DNA of 64,000 nucleotides from Octopus sinensis (Eukaryota): NCBI RefSeq assembly GCF_006345805.1, contig NW_021829832.1, positions 558,001 to 622,000 of the forward strand, read 5' to 3'. Shown piece by piece: positions 38,799 to 50,519 of this stretch (position 1 is its first letter; each line of letters starts with the position of its first letter). The notes under the pieces were generated by a model. It saw only the letters and a program-made list of their open reading frames with translations, ran no database searches and was not told where the DNA came from. The position numbers and the translations under genes were made by a program.

Positions 38799-40678
38799 CA
38801 GTACGACCCCGGTTTGGGGCAGACCCCATGGGTGGGGCACCCTCGGGTTTTGGGGCACCCCCGCTTTTAGGGGCAGTTTTTGAAAACAGTAAATTTTTCA
38901 TTCTATTATTTATTTTTGATGACCCCGGTTTGGGGCACTTATTTAATTTATTTAATTACAAAATGTTAGTTTATTTATTAATTATTAATTAATACTATTA
39001 TTTCACGTGTTTATTTTGACTTTAGTATGGTTCGTAAAAAGAATTCAAAGATTAATTATGAAACAAAAATTAAAATCGCTAAAGATATAAAACATGGTCA
39101 ATTTTCAGAAAGAGATCTTGCTAAAAAGTATAAAACGAGCAAAGGTATCTTTTTTAACTAATTATTAATTACAGGTACTATTTCTCGCATTAAACAAAAT
39201 TTTGTTTATTATTTTGACGCGGGATTAACTGAATCCGATAGAATCAAGGAATCACATGATCCAAATAATGAATTAGATAGATTAGTTTTTGAAACTTTTC
39301 TACGTCTGAGAGATGAATTTCTTCCAATTTCTGGAACTATCTTAAAACTGATTGCAAAAAAATTATCTAAAAAGATAAATTATGAATCATTTAAGGCATC
39401 AAATGGATGGCTAGACCGGTTCAAGAAAAGACACGAGTTGCTATTTAAAACTATAAGTGGAGAAAAGAATTCATCTGACCTTTCTACGGTTTCCAATTTT
39501 TTTGCTGATTATGACAACTGTTTGGAAACTGTAGGAAGTGAAAATATTTTTAACTGTGATGAAACAGCTTTATACATAAAGCGAACGCCGTCGAAATCTT
39601 TTGTTCAATTTAATGACAAATGCAATGGAATTAAAATGAGCAAAGAGAAAGTTACCCTTCTCCTTTGTTGTAATGCACTTGGTGAAAAGTTAAAACCTCT
39701 ATTAATTGGAAAATTCAAATCTCCTAGGTGTTTAAAAAATTTTAACGCTGAGGATCACGGAGTACTATATGCTGCATCAAAAAATTCGTGGATGACTAGT
39801 GATATTTTTGGGAAATGGTTATGGAAAGTAAATCAAGATATGATCAATGAAAAGAGAAAAATTGTCTTAATACTGGATAATGCGAGCTGTCACAGAAATA
39901 CAGAATATTCCAATGTTTATTTACTTTTTCTTCCCAAAAATACGACCGCTTTAATTCAACCCCTAGATATGGGAATAATAAAATCCTTCAAGTCCCTCTA
40001 TTTCAATAAACTGATTGATTTTACTCTTATATTTGAAAAAGAACAGCTTTCTGATTTGAATTTGAATAATGTCAATCTTAGACAAGTCATTACAGTTGTC
40101 GGGGAGGCATGGAAAATGATGTCAGAGACAACGATAATTAATTGCTGGCAGAAAATAAATGAAAACAGATCAAAAATTCGGATAATGTACAGTTGGACGA
40201 AGAATTAATAGATGACGTGATTTCAGATGTTATTTCAATGGATTCGACAGATATTATTGAGGACAAAATTACTTATGATGGATATGAATCTAAAAAATCA
40301 TCAATTAAAGAAATCATAAACATCGTGAATTCTCTAGAAGATAATATTTTCAGTACATGTCCACAATTTTTGAAAATCTACTACGAATTTAGAAAAAACC
40401 TATCAGGAGAACTGAAAAAAAACCAATTCGGTGAGAAAATTACTGATTACTTTTAATAGTATTTTTTGTTGGATTTATTAAAATTTTTAAATTTTATTAA
40501 GAAAGGACTATGTTAGAATTTTTATTAATATTAAATAATTTTAATTTATAGTCTAAAATGCAATAAAAATCTATTGAGGAGAAAATAAAAGCAAAAAATC
40601 TTTACCCTCGCATTTTGGGGCACCCCCGCTTTTTGGGGCACTATGATAAAAATGCTGCCCCAAACCGGGGTCGTACTG
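38799..40678 (+). mobile_element. Full-length Tigger/pogo transposon
   Basis: TIR CAGTACGACCCCGGTTTGGGGCAG at both ends; TA TSD; GGGGCACCCC subterminal repeats. Confidence 0.95.
39027..40456 (+). CDS. Tigger transposase (CENP-B HTH + DDE_1), 30-nt intron 39145-39174, one frameshift near 40170
   Basis: FKASNGWLDRFKKRH, IFNCDETALY, LILDNASCH, FLPKNTTALIQPLDMGII. Confidence 0.88.
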
Positions 40679-40799
40679 TATGTGTGATATTTTAACATCA
40701 TAAACACGACTTAAGAAAGGCAATATATCTATTTATTTTGAGTATATATCTTTTCTTGAAACAGAAACACATTTTACAGATATTCTTATGAAAAATGTA

Positions 40800-40935
40800 C
40801 TCTTTGGCTGAAAAGGTGACCCATCTTGAAACTCGATGTAATAAAATGTGAAATTCAGATTACACCAAAAGACATAATGATATTGTGAATGTATTCACAT
40901 GAAATTATCCCGGAGAGTTGGAATTATAATAAGAA
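40800..40935 (+). mobile_element. Small R4-type RLE retrotransposon fragment
   Basis: HLETRCNKM*NSDYTKRHNDIV parallels DHLATRCERMLYLDYTRRHNEVV of the element at 21827-24915. Confidence 0.55.
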
Positions 40936-41011
40936 TAAAATACAACAATATATTCCTTCACAACAAAAAAACAGTTTAATATTAAAGTGAGTGTAACCTC
41001 AATCGATAATA

Positions 41012-42431
41012 CAGTGGTCGTCAAAAAAAATTGCTCACCAATGTTTATGTCTTTATATAGCATTATTCTGATTTATTTTTTTTGTAAACATCTTTAAGTA
41101 GTATTTTATAAAATTTTTCTTTTTTATTTACAAACTTAAACAAAAACAAAAAATTGCAAAACAAAAAACATTAGCACAAATTTGGAAATCTCATTATCAG
41201 TAATTAATATGTCCTCCCCATGCTAAATATAAAGAATAACTCCTTTTTCTCATTGAATTTACTAGGTTTTGTAAAAAACTTTTAGGAATTGACTGCCAAA
41301 TTTTCATAATATTTGTCTTTAGATCCTCTTTACTTTTCGGGGGATTTTTAGCTAATTCTCTTTTCATAAAGCACCATACATGCTCTATTGGGTTAAGATC
41401 CGGCGATTGCGATGGCCAATCAAGAATAATATATTTTTTGGTTTCGAAATATGCCTTAACCATACGAGATGTATGGCATGAAGCATTATCCTGTTGAAAA
41501 ATAAACGAGGATAAGCCCATTTTTTCAGCTGATTGGTCCAGATTATTAGAAAGTAAATTTATATAATGTCCAGAGTTCATAGTTTCTTTGATAAAAACCA
41601 AATTGCCCACACCACTATACGATATACAGCCCCAAATCATAACTCTCCCTACTTTGAACTTAACAGTCGGCAGCAAATGTGCATTTTTTAACTCCGTTTT
41701 ATTTTTTCTGTAAACAACCGTATGTTTTCTGTTGTTAAAAACATCGAACATTGACTCATCTGAGAATATCACCGATTTCCATGTACTATCAGATATCGAT
41801 AAAAATCGTAGAGACGCAGACCATCTCGAAATAATATTTTTTGAGAAAGCAATGGCTTTCTTTTTGCTACACGACAATATACCCCATTTTTATTCAAAGT
41901 TCTCAGAATTGTCCTAGGGGAAACATCAATATTGAAAGTTTCTTTAGTTTTGTTGGACAAATCCACTTCCAACAATGTAGGATGTGATTCGGTTTCATTA
42001 CATAAAAATTGTATTTGAGGGGAACTTAGTTTCGGAAGACGTCCTGAGCCCGGTCACCGATGCAGTGTTCCAAATTCTCGAAATTTTCGAATATTAAATG
42101 GTATTGTGGAATACGGCAAATTAAGTATTTTTGAGATTTCTCTGATTGATTTACCCTCTTTAAAGTACGCAATAATCATGCCTTTTTTAAATTCAGTTAA
42201 CTGTTTCTTGGGAGAACGTGGCATATGCAATAACAAGAAAAGTGAGCAATGTTTTTTGTCACGAGATTTAAATTTTTATGCTTTAAATTCCTTATATTGA
42301 AATAAAATCGCATAAATAAATTAATATACTTAAGAATTAGAATAAAAAATGAAGCGTAAGATTAAATTTTTTATTAATTTGTCAATAAAAGCATGAAAAA
42401 ATGGCTGAGCAATTTTTTTTGACGAGCACTG
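41012..42431 (-). mobile_element. Full-length Tc1-family transposon, frameshifted transposase
   Basis: TIRs of about 29 bp (CAGTGGTCGTCAAAAAAAATTGCTCA / TGAGCAATTTTTTTTGACGAGCACTG); TA TSD; VIFSDES, FQQDNASCH, WPSQSPDLNPIEHVW (DD34E type). Confidence 0.95.
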
Positions 42432-42986
42432 TATAAAATCTGTGCAAGTAGAAGAACTGCACAAATATGACATACCAGTCAGTCAATTACAATTAATTCA
42501 CAAGGATACCAATTTCCCTGCCTGCGATGGGATTGTCCCTACGTTGCTCCGGAAATTATGAACCTTCTTAAGATCAAAGAAAGTTTCCATGGATTTACAG
42601 ACAAAAATATTGGACAGCATCATTTTAGAATACAAATTTGGTTTTGAAAGTTTTTTTTCACTCAAGTAACAGATTTGACGAAGTACCGAAATTAACTATG
42701 AGAAGGCCTAATTCTATAATTGCAAACGACAAAAAATCAAATCAAAAAGTGTCTTTTCTCCAAACTGTTTTGTTAAATTGCTCATCACTTAAAGTGAATT
42801 CTCGAATATAATTTGACCAAGGAAATGTCAGAAAGATAAACAAAGTTAATTTAACCATTGAGATAGGGAAATACACAAACATTATTCAAATTAAAAAGCA
42901 AGTTAAAGTTCGAGAAATAATATAAATTTATTGACTATTAGAATTCCCAGCATCTTCACGAGTGCAACTGACTCCAAATAAAACGA

Positions 42987-44497
42987 TCAGACAGGTGGAT
43001 TGTTAATAACAAGTTGGTGGACACACTGTGCGGACAGTCTAACTCCGGGGTCCTCATCCCAACACGCAGTTATGATTTGACACCACACCCCGAACACCTG
43101 CGGAATATACTCCCCAGCCATACAGAATGGAGTGTCCACTCGGTGTCCATACTAGGCCTATACTTATTGACGCACACCAACTCCCTCAAACTCTCCACAG
43201 AACCATCACAACTCGCGAATGGTGGAGAATACGCAAGTCCGGCTGAGATAAACAAACACCAAACCTGCAGTCGACAACACTTCCCATAACACAAGAGAGA
43301 AGGCGTACATGTCGATGGCCAGATAGGCCGAATAGTCCACATCCACCAGTCCCTCCAATAGCTCGGGGGCCATGTAACGACAGTCCCCCACTTTGCTTCT
43401 GCTTCGAGAGTCCTCACATCCATTAAAGACCAGCGCAGAACTCATGTCGCTCAGAAATGCTCTCAATTGTCCTTTCTCTGACCTTCCAACCAATATTTTG
43501 GAGGATTTGAAATTTCTGTGTGCAATTGCTGGCTTGTTTGGACGCAATTCGTGGAGAAAGACCAACCCAAGCACCACAGACTCCACCAGATGACACAACT
43601 CGTCAACTTGTAGCATAGTTCGGCCATCTTTGAGCAAGTCATAGAGCGATCCCTGAGGGTAGTATTCCCCAATCAATCCAAATCGCCAGTTTGAGTCAGA
43701 AACAGAAACAACAGAGAGCAATTTGGCAATATTCGATGACAAATAACCCTCATACTTACTCAATATGTCAAAAACTGCCAATTCCCTCAAAATATGCGAG
43801 GAAGGGGCCACTTTGAGCACTATTTCAGTCCCCTTGTAGGACCCTCGGAATACACTCTTCCAGACATCGCCCATCTCAGTTTAACCACACGGAATACCAG
43901 CAACAACATCCCCTCAGTCGACATGTCACCTTCAGCTCGATCAACCAATTTTTGGGTGGTGGAAATTCTGCTTTTTGGAAGTCTCGAAATGTAACGAAAT
44001 GCAAAAATCGCTGATATCACCATGGAAACTCCCGCCAAAAGTAGAATAAAAATCAACTGGGTAGACACTGATGTGGCATTTTCGAGTTTTTTAATCTACT
44101 AAAATTATTTTAAAATAAAACGTGATTTTTGGTGGGAGACTTAATAATTGGGACGTGGTTGTTGCTTTGGTTGAGGAATCGGTCATTACACCCGTCAAAG
44201 AGACAGCAACACCAGAGGATGTTGTCCGGCAAATATGTGCAGTTGGGGATGGGAGGACAGTTCAGTGGCAGAATACAACCACTGGAGTACTGGAATATAT
44301 ATATTAGTTATACTATTGTTGAATTTGTGGTAGAAATGGCAATTGAGCATGCCATTTCACGAGGGGGACATTCTCGAAGGACTGCTGTCTTTAGTTTATT
44401 AGGCTTGTAGTGACATTTTATACAAAGATTTGGGGCTATGTTTATATATTATTGAGTTACTTATCAGGGATATTAGAAGAATATAGGAAAACTGCAT
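42987..44497 (-). CDS. TGF-beta/activin/BMP type II receptor-like protein with a degenerate kinase domain, multi-exon
   Basis: Signal peptide MQFSYILLISLI; Cys box WCCCLFDGCND; TM segment; no GS box; kinase EYYPQGSL, KPAIAHRNFKS, RYMAPELLEG, IDMYAFSLVLWE, CWDEDPGVRLSAQCV; 22-27 nt introns. Confidence 0.88.
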
Positions 44498-44717
44498 CTT
44501 GACAAAATTATATAAAATCTTCACAACAACTAACTAAAAAAATGAAATATATTTTAATTTAAATCAGCAATTAAATTTGAATTAAATTAAATATTGGTAA
44601 ATTTAGTTTATTTATAATCTCTGAATGCCTACTTGTATATTATTATTAAAACCAAGATCACCGTCCAAAACATAGAACTAATTAATCAAATGATCCCGGG
44701 TTCTCTGAGAAGGGTCC

Positions 44718-45340
44718 TCATCTTTGCCCGGTGCTGCTCCTTAGTCCCGACACAATTTCTATGAGGGCGCGGTGGTGGAGTTTTAGGGCCTGTAGGCTCA
44801 AGGTTCCTTCCAAGATTTCTTTAAATGAGGCGATGGTTAGATGTTCATTCGGTCCTTGTAGTGCTTTCCGAAATCTTTCTTGAGTTTTTTTGATTTTTTC
44901 ACGGTTCGTTTTACTGACAAACCCTCCCCACAAGCATAACTAATGGAGAGTTCGATGTATTGCCGATAGATTGATTGGCGTGTCGGGAAACTGATCCATT
45001 GTTTGCATTTTCGGAGGAACACTTTTAAGATGTTCAGTTTTTTCAACATTTTCACCTTGTTGGGATAAACACATATGACTACCGTGAGTCACGCCGAGGA
45101 TTTTCTGGGATTTTTTAAAGGGGATTTTCATGTTGTTTAGATATAAGTTCACCACCATTTCCCAAGCTTCCTTGCTGAAATCATAAGCGTAGTGACTCAT
45201 TTTTTACGACTCGTTGATAGTCGATTTATCGAAAGCCAACTTTCGAAATTGTGGAGGTAGTTCTGCAGTTTTGAACTAACCTCACGGCTCCGAGTAGCAA
45301 TCACAATATCGTATGATAGATAGTATCCAAATAGTGTAGA
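44718..45340 (-). pseudogene. LINE reverse transcriptase C-terminal fragment
   Basis: DIVIATRS...LQNYLHNFESWLSINRL...KILGVT thumb-region motifs, frameshifted. Confidence 0.65.
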
Positions 45341-45409
45341 ATATAGATAATATTTTTCATAATTAGTAATTATTAAAGAACAAATTAAGTTAGGAATGAA
45401 CAAAAAGGA

Positions 45410-45660
45410 ATTTCCGAGGGGCTAAAGCACGCGTCCTTCTGCGATAAGTACCGCATGCGTATTTCCACGGAGAATGGCGATGGATATCCTCTGCAATAGC
45501 CACGAAACCTCGCGTTGCTCTTTCTCCCTATGGGCCAATTTCCTCCCGATGTCGCTGATAAATGCCGAGGTTAGAGGCCCGGCGACGCCCGATGTCTCCA
45601 GTGTGATTGGTGCAAATATACAGCAGCGTCCGAGTTCTTGGTATTTTTTTATTTTGGCCG
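45410..45660 (-). mobile_element. CRE retrotransposon 3' fragment
   Basis: KKYQELG..FAPITLETSGVAG...WLLQRISIAILRGN. Confidence 0.8.
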
Positions 45661-45729
45661 TATATTAAATATTTTTAAAATGTCAAATATATATTTATAT
45701 TTTAAATAAACATTAATCGGATTGTGTGA

Positions 45730-46830
45730 ATGGTGGTGGCAATCGGGTTCGAAGGCAGTGCCAATAAACTTGGTATTGGAATAATATCTGATACCGTCGT
45801 CCTCTCAAATCCTCGAATTACATTTTGTCCCCCCACAGGGGAGGGTTTCCAGCCAAGAATCGTCGCTTCTCACCACAAAGCACACATCCTCGATCTCCTC
45901 GAAAAAGCTTTAAAAGAAGCCAAAATCACCCCCAAAGACGTGGACATAATTTGTTTCACCCGAGGACCTGGAATGGGTGCCTTACTCTCTTTGGTGGCCG
46001 TTGTCGTCCGGACTATATCCCAGCTGTGGAACAAGCCCTTAGTGGCAGTCAATCACTGCGTGGGTCACATAGAAATGGCCCGAATGGTCACAGGAGCCCA
46101 CAATCCGACCATTTTATACGTCTCTGGAGGCAACACACAAGTCATTTCCTACAAAAATGGTCGCTATAGAATATTTGGGGAAACTCTGGATATTGCAGTT
46201 GGGAACTGTCTGGACAGATTTGCCCGGATTGTTAAGGTTTGTGTGTCTTTTAAGTCGAGATTTCGAACGATCCGAGTCCTGGGTATAACATTGAGTTGCT
46301 TGCGAGAAAGTAAATGTTGGGTAATTAAAGTAGGGGTGTTAAGTACATTCCTCTTCCTTACTGTGTGAAGGGAATGGATGTCTCGTTTAGTGGACTGGTC
46401 TCTCATTTGCAGGCAACGGTGGACTCCTATCTTAAGGAATATTCGCTGGAGGATTTGTGTTATTCTCTCCAGGAGTGTGTGTTTTCAATGTTGGTGGAAA
46501 TTACTGGTTTTTGTGTGTATTTGGAGGACAGAGAGGGCAATGACTAATTCTGGTTCTGAGCAGGTCTTGGTGTGTGGGGGAGTGGGATGTAATGAAAGAC
46601 TTCATCAAATGTTGGGGATTATGGCCGAGGAGAGGGGAGCACAATTATTTGCTACGGATGAATCGTTTTGTATTGATAACGGGGCTATGATTGCACGGGC
46701 AGGGACATTGGAGTATCTCTCTACTGGTGCTACCCCCTTTAGTCAGACATATGTTAAGCAGAGGTAAGATTGTATTATCCATCTCAGGTATCGGACCGAT
46801 GCTGTCGATATCACTTGGAGAGACTATTGA
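45730..46830 (+). CDS. OSGEP: tRNA N6-adenosine threonylcarbamoyltransferase OSGEP/Kae1, 5 exons (introns 46237-46259, 46310-46333, 46507-46531, 46764-46787)
   Basis: [110 protein letters not shown]. Confidence 0.97.
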
Positions 46831-46844
46831 CTTTGTTTTGTCAT

Positions 46845-47380
46845 TTTTTTACTAAAAAACGATTTTTGATATTAAATGAGTTACCTCGCATGATTGCTAT
46901 GGATACCCTCTGGTACAGCCAGCTGGAAGTGGTACACGTCAGGAAGCGACGCGTACTTATTCCGTTTGTTTTCCTCGGCCTGGTGAGACGCGCAGACTGA
47001 GTAACGGTCCCCGGAGCAAAGGTGTCCGCACAGGTTACATACCATACGAGGCACTTCCCCTTGCTGAATGGGAAGAACGTCATTCCGTCCGGACGCTTGC
47101 CGTCTCCGCGATCAAGACCAGTGCGAACCGAAGGGAAGCCTGTGGCATTAAGTCCCCTTTTGACGAGGTTGTTCAAACTGGAGTGTTTCGGGGTACGTCC
47201 AGTGCTTAACCGGGTGGAAAGAGGGTAGAGGCCATCGGAGTGTGCCCACACTTGCAATGGTGGGGGTAGCAAATATGGATCTCGAGTAGTAGACAGGTAC
47301 CGAGTCGAACTGACTCTTCGGTATGCAAAAAGAAAGTAAAGCAGAAAAAGAAGTCAAGTGGAAAAAAGACAAGCCCCTTT
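46845..47380 (-). mobile_element. CRE retrotransposon 3' fragment
   Basis: GLDRGDGKRPDGMTFFPFSKGKCLVW..TCADT...QRVSIAIMRGN. Confidence 0.85.
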
Positions 47381-47949
47381 TTTTTACTTTGTATCATATA
47401 GCAATAATAGCAACTTTTTATTTTTAACAATTTTTTCAATACTTTACTTTTTTTGTTTGCCTTTTTTTCAATTTCTGAAATTTTCCCATTATAAATTTTC
47501 GAAATTTAGCGCAAAAGAAAAAAAGTCCAGTCCGTAATTTTGTTAACGAACTAGACTGTTTTTCCGTTTTGAAATAATCGCTTTTCCTAAATTAGTTTAA
47601 GAATTTTAGGGTAATAATAATAGTGACTTGTAATCAATTTTAAGGCTATCTGGTTAAATATTATGCATGCTGCAAAACTAAGTGACAAAATGGAGATAAT
47701 ATCATCTAACAAAGGAAAAAAATTGTTTCAAAGGTTATATGTTACAAAGCACTAAACAACAAAAAATTATATATTTTTTAACTGTGTTAAAAAATCTTCA
47801 CAAGGATGCAGGAAGCTTAAAATAGTAAATGAGTAAATGAGTATAACTTTAAGTTTCCTAAAGAAGGAATCTTACACAATCACGAATTGTACCAAACTCA
47901 AATAAAACTTAAGAAGTTGTGCAACAAAGCAAAACTTAATGCAAAAAAA

Positions 47950-48770
47950 TAGCCAAGAGAATCCTTTACTAATCTATTCAAATGTTGTTTCTCAATGTGA
48001 TACAGCATCCAGAATTATTCGCCTCTTTGCAGATTCTTGAAGCAAACAATAAGAAATCAACGCTTGTCTCTACCAATTCCAAAAAATATTCTAAATTTAT
48101 AAGATATTCTAGCATTTTTAACTTTAACTCTTGGTCCAGATTCAGAAAAATTTTTAATTTATGTTAATCATAGAAGAAACAAGGCAAATTCCAAAACACA
48201 AAATATAGATGGAAATTTTTTTATGGCACCATGTATATTCAAGCAAATACATTTTATCAGAACTGAGTTTAATTCCGGTCCAATTACAGCTATTTATGGA
48301 TTATTTCCTTCTACATCAAAAAAGATTTACAAAGAATTTTTTGAGACTATTCAAAATGCAATTCATAATTTGAATTTGGAAGTTTGTCTTTATGGCAGAC
48401 TTTGAAGATTCGGTATTTCTAGATGTCCTTGCAGTATTTGGAAGACGAATGCATATTAGAGGATGTTTTTATCATCTAAGGTAGTCAACTTGAAGAAAAA
48501 TTCAAGAAATGCATTTAGTAAAAGAATATAAAGAAAATATTATTTTCAACATTTTTTGCTATGATCACACTTTTGGGTTTTTGCCCATTCAAGATATGGA
48601 AGAAGAAATAGAATTCCTAATAAACAATATACCAGAAGATGTTCCAGATTCAAAATATATAGTAGATAATTTTGATCGAACATATTTTTGTGGGTATTAT
48701 CGTTGCTTAAATAACCAGATTATAAAAAATCGTGTAAATCAATTTTTTACGTTTTTAAATTTCTAAAGGA
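47950..48770 (+). pseudogene. MULE (Mutator-like) transposase remnant
   Basis: DGNF..P.IFKQI, AIYGL..S.SKKIY..FF, MADFE, GCFYHL, FLP motifs with frameshifts. Confidence 0.75.
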
Positions 48771-49236
48771 ATTAATCCTGCGCCCGTTCTTATTTTAATC
48801 AGTTTTCGACTATTTTTAATTCTTTGGTTTAAATATATTAATTTAACATTACAATATTGATATTATAACAGCTGGACAAATATAAAACAAACATGACATC
48901 AACATTATCAATTGCTTTGTACATCTGGTGGAAATCATTGACTCCTTTTTGATTTTCCTCCGAAATTTTAAACAAAAAAACATAAATATAGACAAAAGAA
49001 TATTTTATCTGAATAAATATTAACCTCATTCAAAAGACAAAAACAATCAATATCCGAACAAAGCTTCTAAATTAATTATATGACTATTAATTTATTAAAC
49101 ACAATTTTGATATAATTAATGAGACTTGCACGACAACAAAATTTCAGCACTTTTAATAAGCTTAATCGCAGTCAGCCACAGATGTTGACGCTGCGACCGA
49201 ATCTTATTTAAATAAGTCAATGTCGACGGCTAATTA

Positions 49237-49492
49237 ATGAAAACTGTCTTAGTCTTATTGGTATTTATTTCAATGTGCATTTCCAGGTTTTGATTGTATG
49301 CATCGAAATGGTCGAATCCAGAAAAGGTGACTATTTTGACAGACCTTAGGAATTTGCATGGACTTGTCTGGAAAGCTGTACTGTAAAAGGTCAAAGATGT
49401 ACGGAAAATGTAACAAAAAACTGTTCAAAATGCTCTTCTGCAGAGAGACGTGTGATAACTGCGGTGGTTTGGAAAATAGAATTATTAATTGA
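49237..49492 (+). CDS. Secreted single-domain ShK-toxin-fold peptide, 68 aa, 3 exons (49237-49260, 49287-49326, 49350-49492)
   Basis: Introns of 26 and 23 nt give MKTVLVLLVLIVCIEMVESRKGICMDLSGKLYCKRSKMYGKCNKKLFKMLFCRETCDNCGGLENRIIN*: hydrophobic signal peptide plus six Cys spaced C-x8-C-x8-C-x9-C-x3-C-x2-C. Confidence 0.88.
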
Positions 49493-49844
49493 TTGTAGTG
49501 ACTTGTATAAAAATTGTCAAATGTTGAAAGATTTGTGCCGTAAACAAAAAAATTTTAAATTTTCGTGTATGAAAACATGCATGATTTGTTAACTATCGAA
49601 CTAGTGAGCTAACATTTTCTAACTTTATTTCTGAATAATTTGATTTAAAAATGATTTTAATAATAGTTTAAATTATTTATATTTTTTAAATTAATTAATA
49701 TTTATAATTATTGTATTTATACGTTTCCATTTCCTCTCTTGTTGTCATTTAATATGTCAATGCTAAGGCTTACTTTATACACTTATTTGACTATTTATAG
49801 AGTATCAAATCATTATAAAATATTAATTATCAAATAGATCACAC

Positions 49845-50519
49845 ATGGCCGATAAGACAACAACGAAAAACCGAATAGTAACTCTTAAATATTAATCAAA
49901 TTAAGGTATATAAAAAACCAATATCAAAACCCCGCCAAATCACCCCTGAACGGGAAATTCCGAAGATTGAAACTTTTTCTGACTCGATCAAACCTTCAGC
50001 AGTCCCCTCTAACCTTGTTGTCCGCCAAAACTACGACCCAAAGCGTAAATTCCGTGTTTATACCGTCATAGAGAACAGATCCCGTAAAATGTCCAACAAC
50101 GTGACCCTAATTTCCCCACTGACCAACAAACGTATCACTGAAGTGTCCCATCACCTAAAAATAAGTATAAAAGTGGCCAGAAGGTTTAGATCTGTTGACA
50201 AATACGTGGAAGGAGGAGAAGGAGAAGTACATTCAGGACAGAAAGCGGATTGGCCAAGTCTTTGCGACGGGAGACGACATGCATCACGCTCTTCAGTTCA
50301 TTGCTGAACGACGGTCGGACATTTTCGGGTTTGGGAGTGAAGAGACGATTATTGGGAAGAGGGTTTGTTAGTTTGGATATGTTTTAGATGACTGAGGGTG
50401 CCAAGAGTGCGGATGTGTTGGTGTTTTGTATTTATATTAACAGTGTCACTGTCACCACTAAACGGGAGAAGATTGGGCCTTCTCCTCTGCCGCCTTCCAA
50501 GAGAATTAGATATGATTGA
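49845..50519 (+). CDS. SF3A1: SF3A1/Prp21-related protein consisting only of the post-SURP middle region, multi-exon
   Basis: VVRQNYDPK...LISPLTNKRI..HHLKINLL..TWKEEK...FATGDDMHHALQFIAERRSDIFGFGSEETIIGKR matches SF3A1 VIVRKDYDPK/LVSPITGEKI/LAERRTDIFGVEETAIGKK. No SURP or UBL domain is encoded. Confidence 0.75.

Noticed and set aside
42470-42620. Kinase fragment (PYVAPEIM)
   Set aside because: A single motif with no flanking kinase subdomains.
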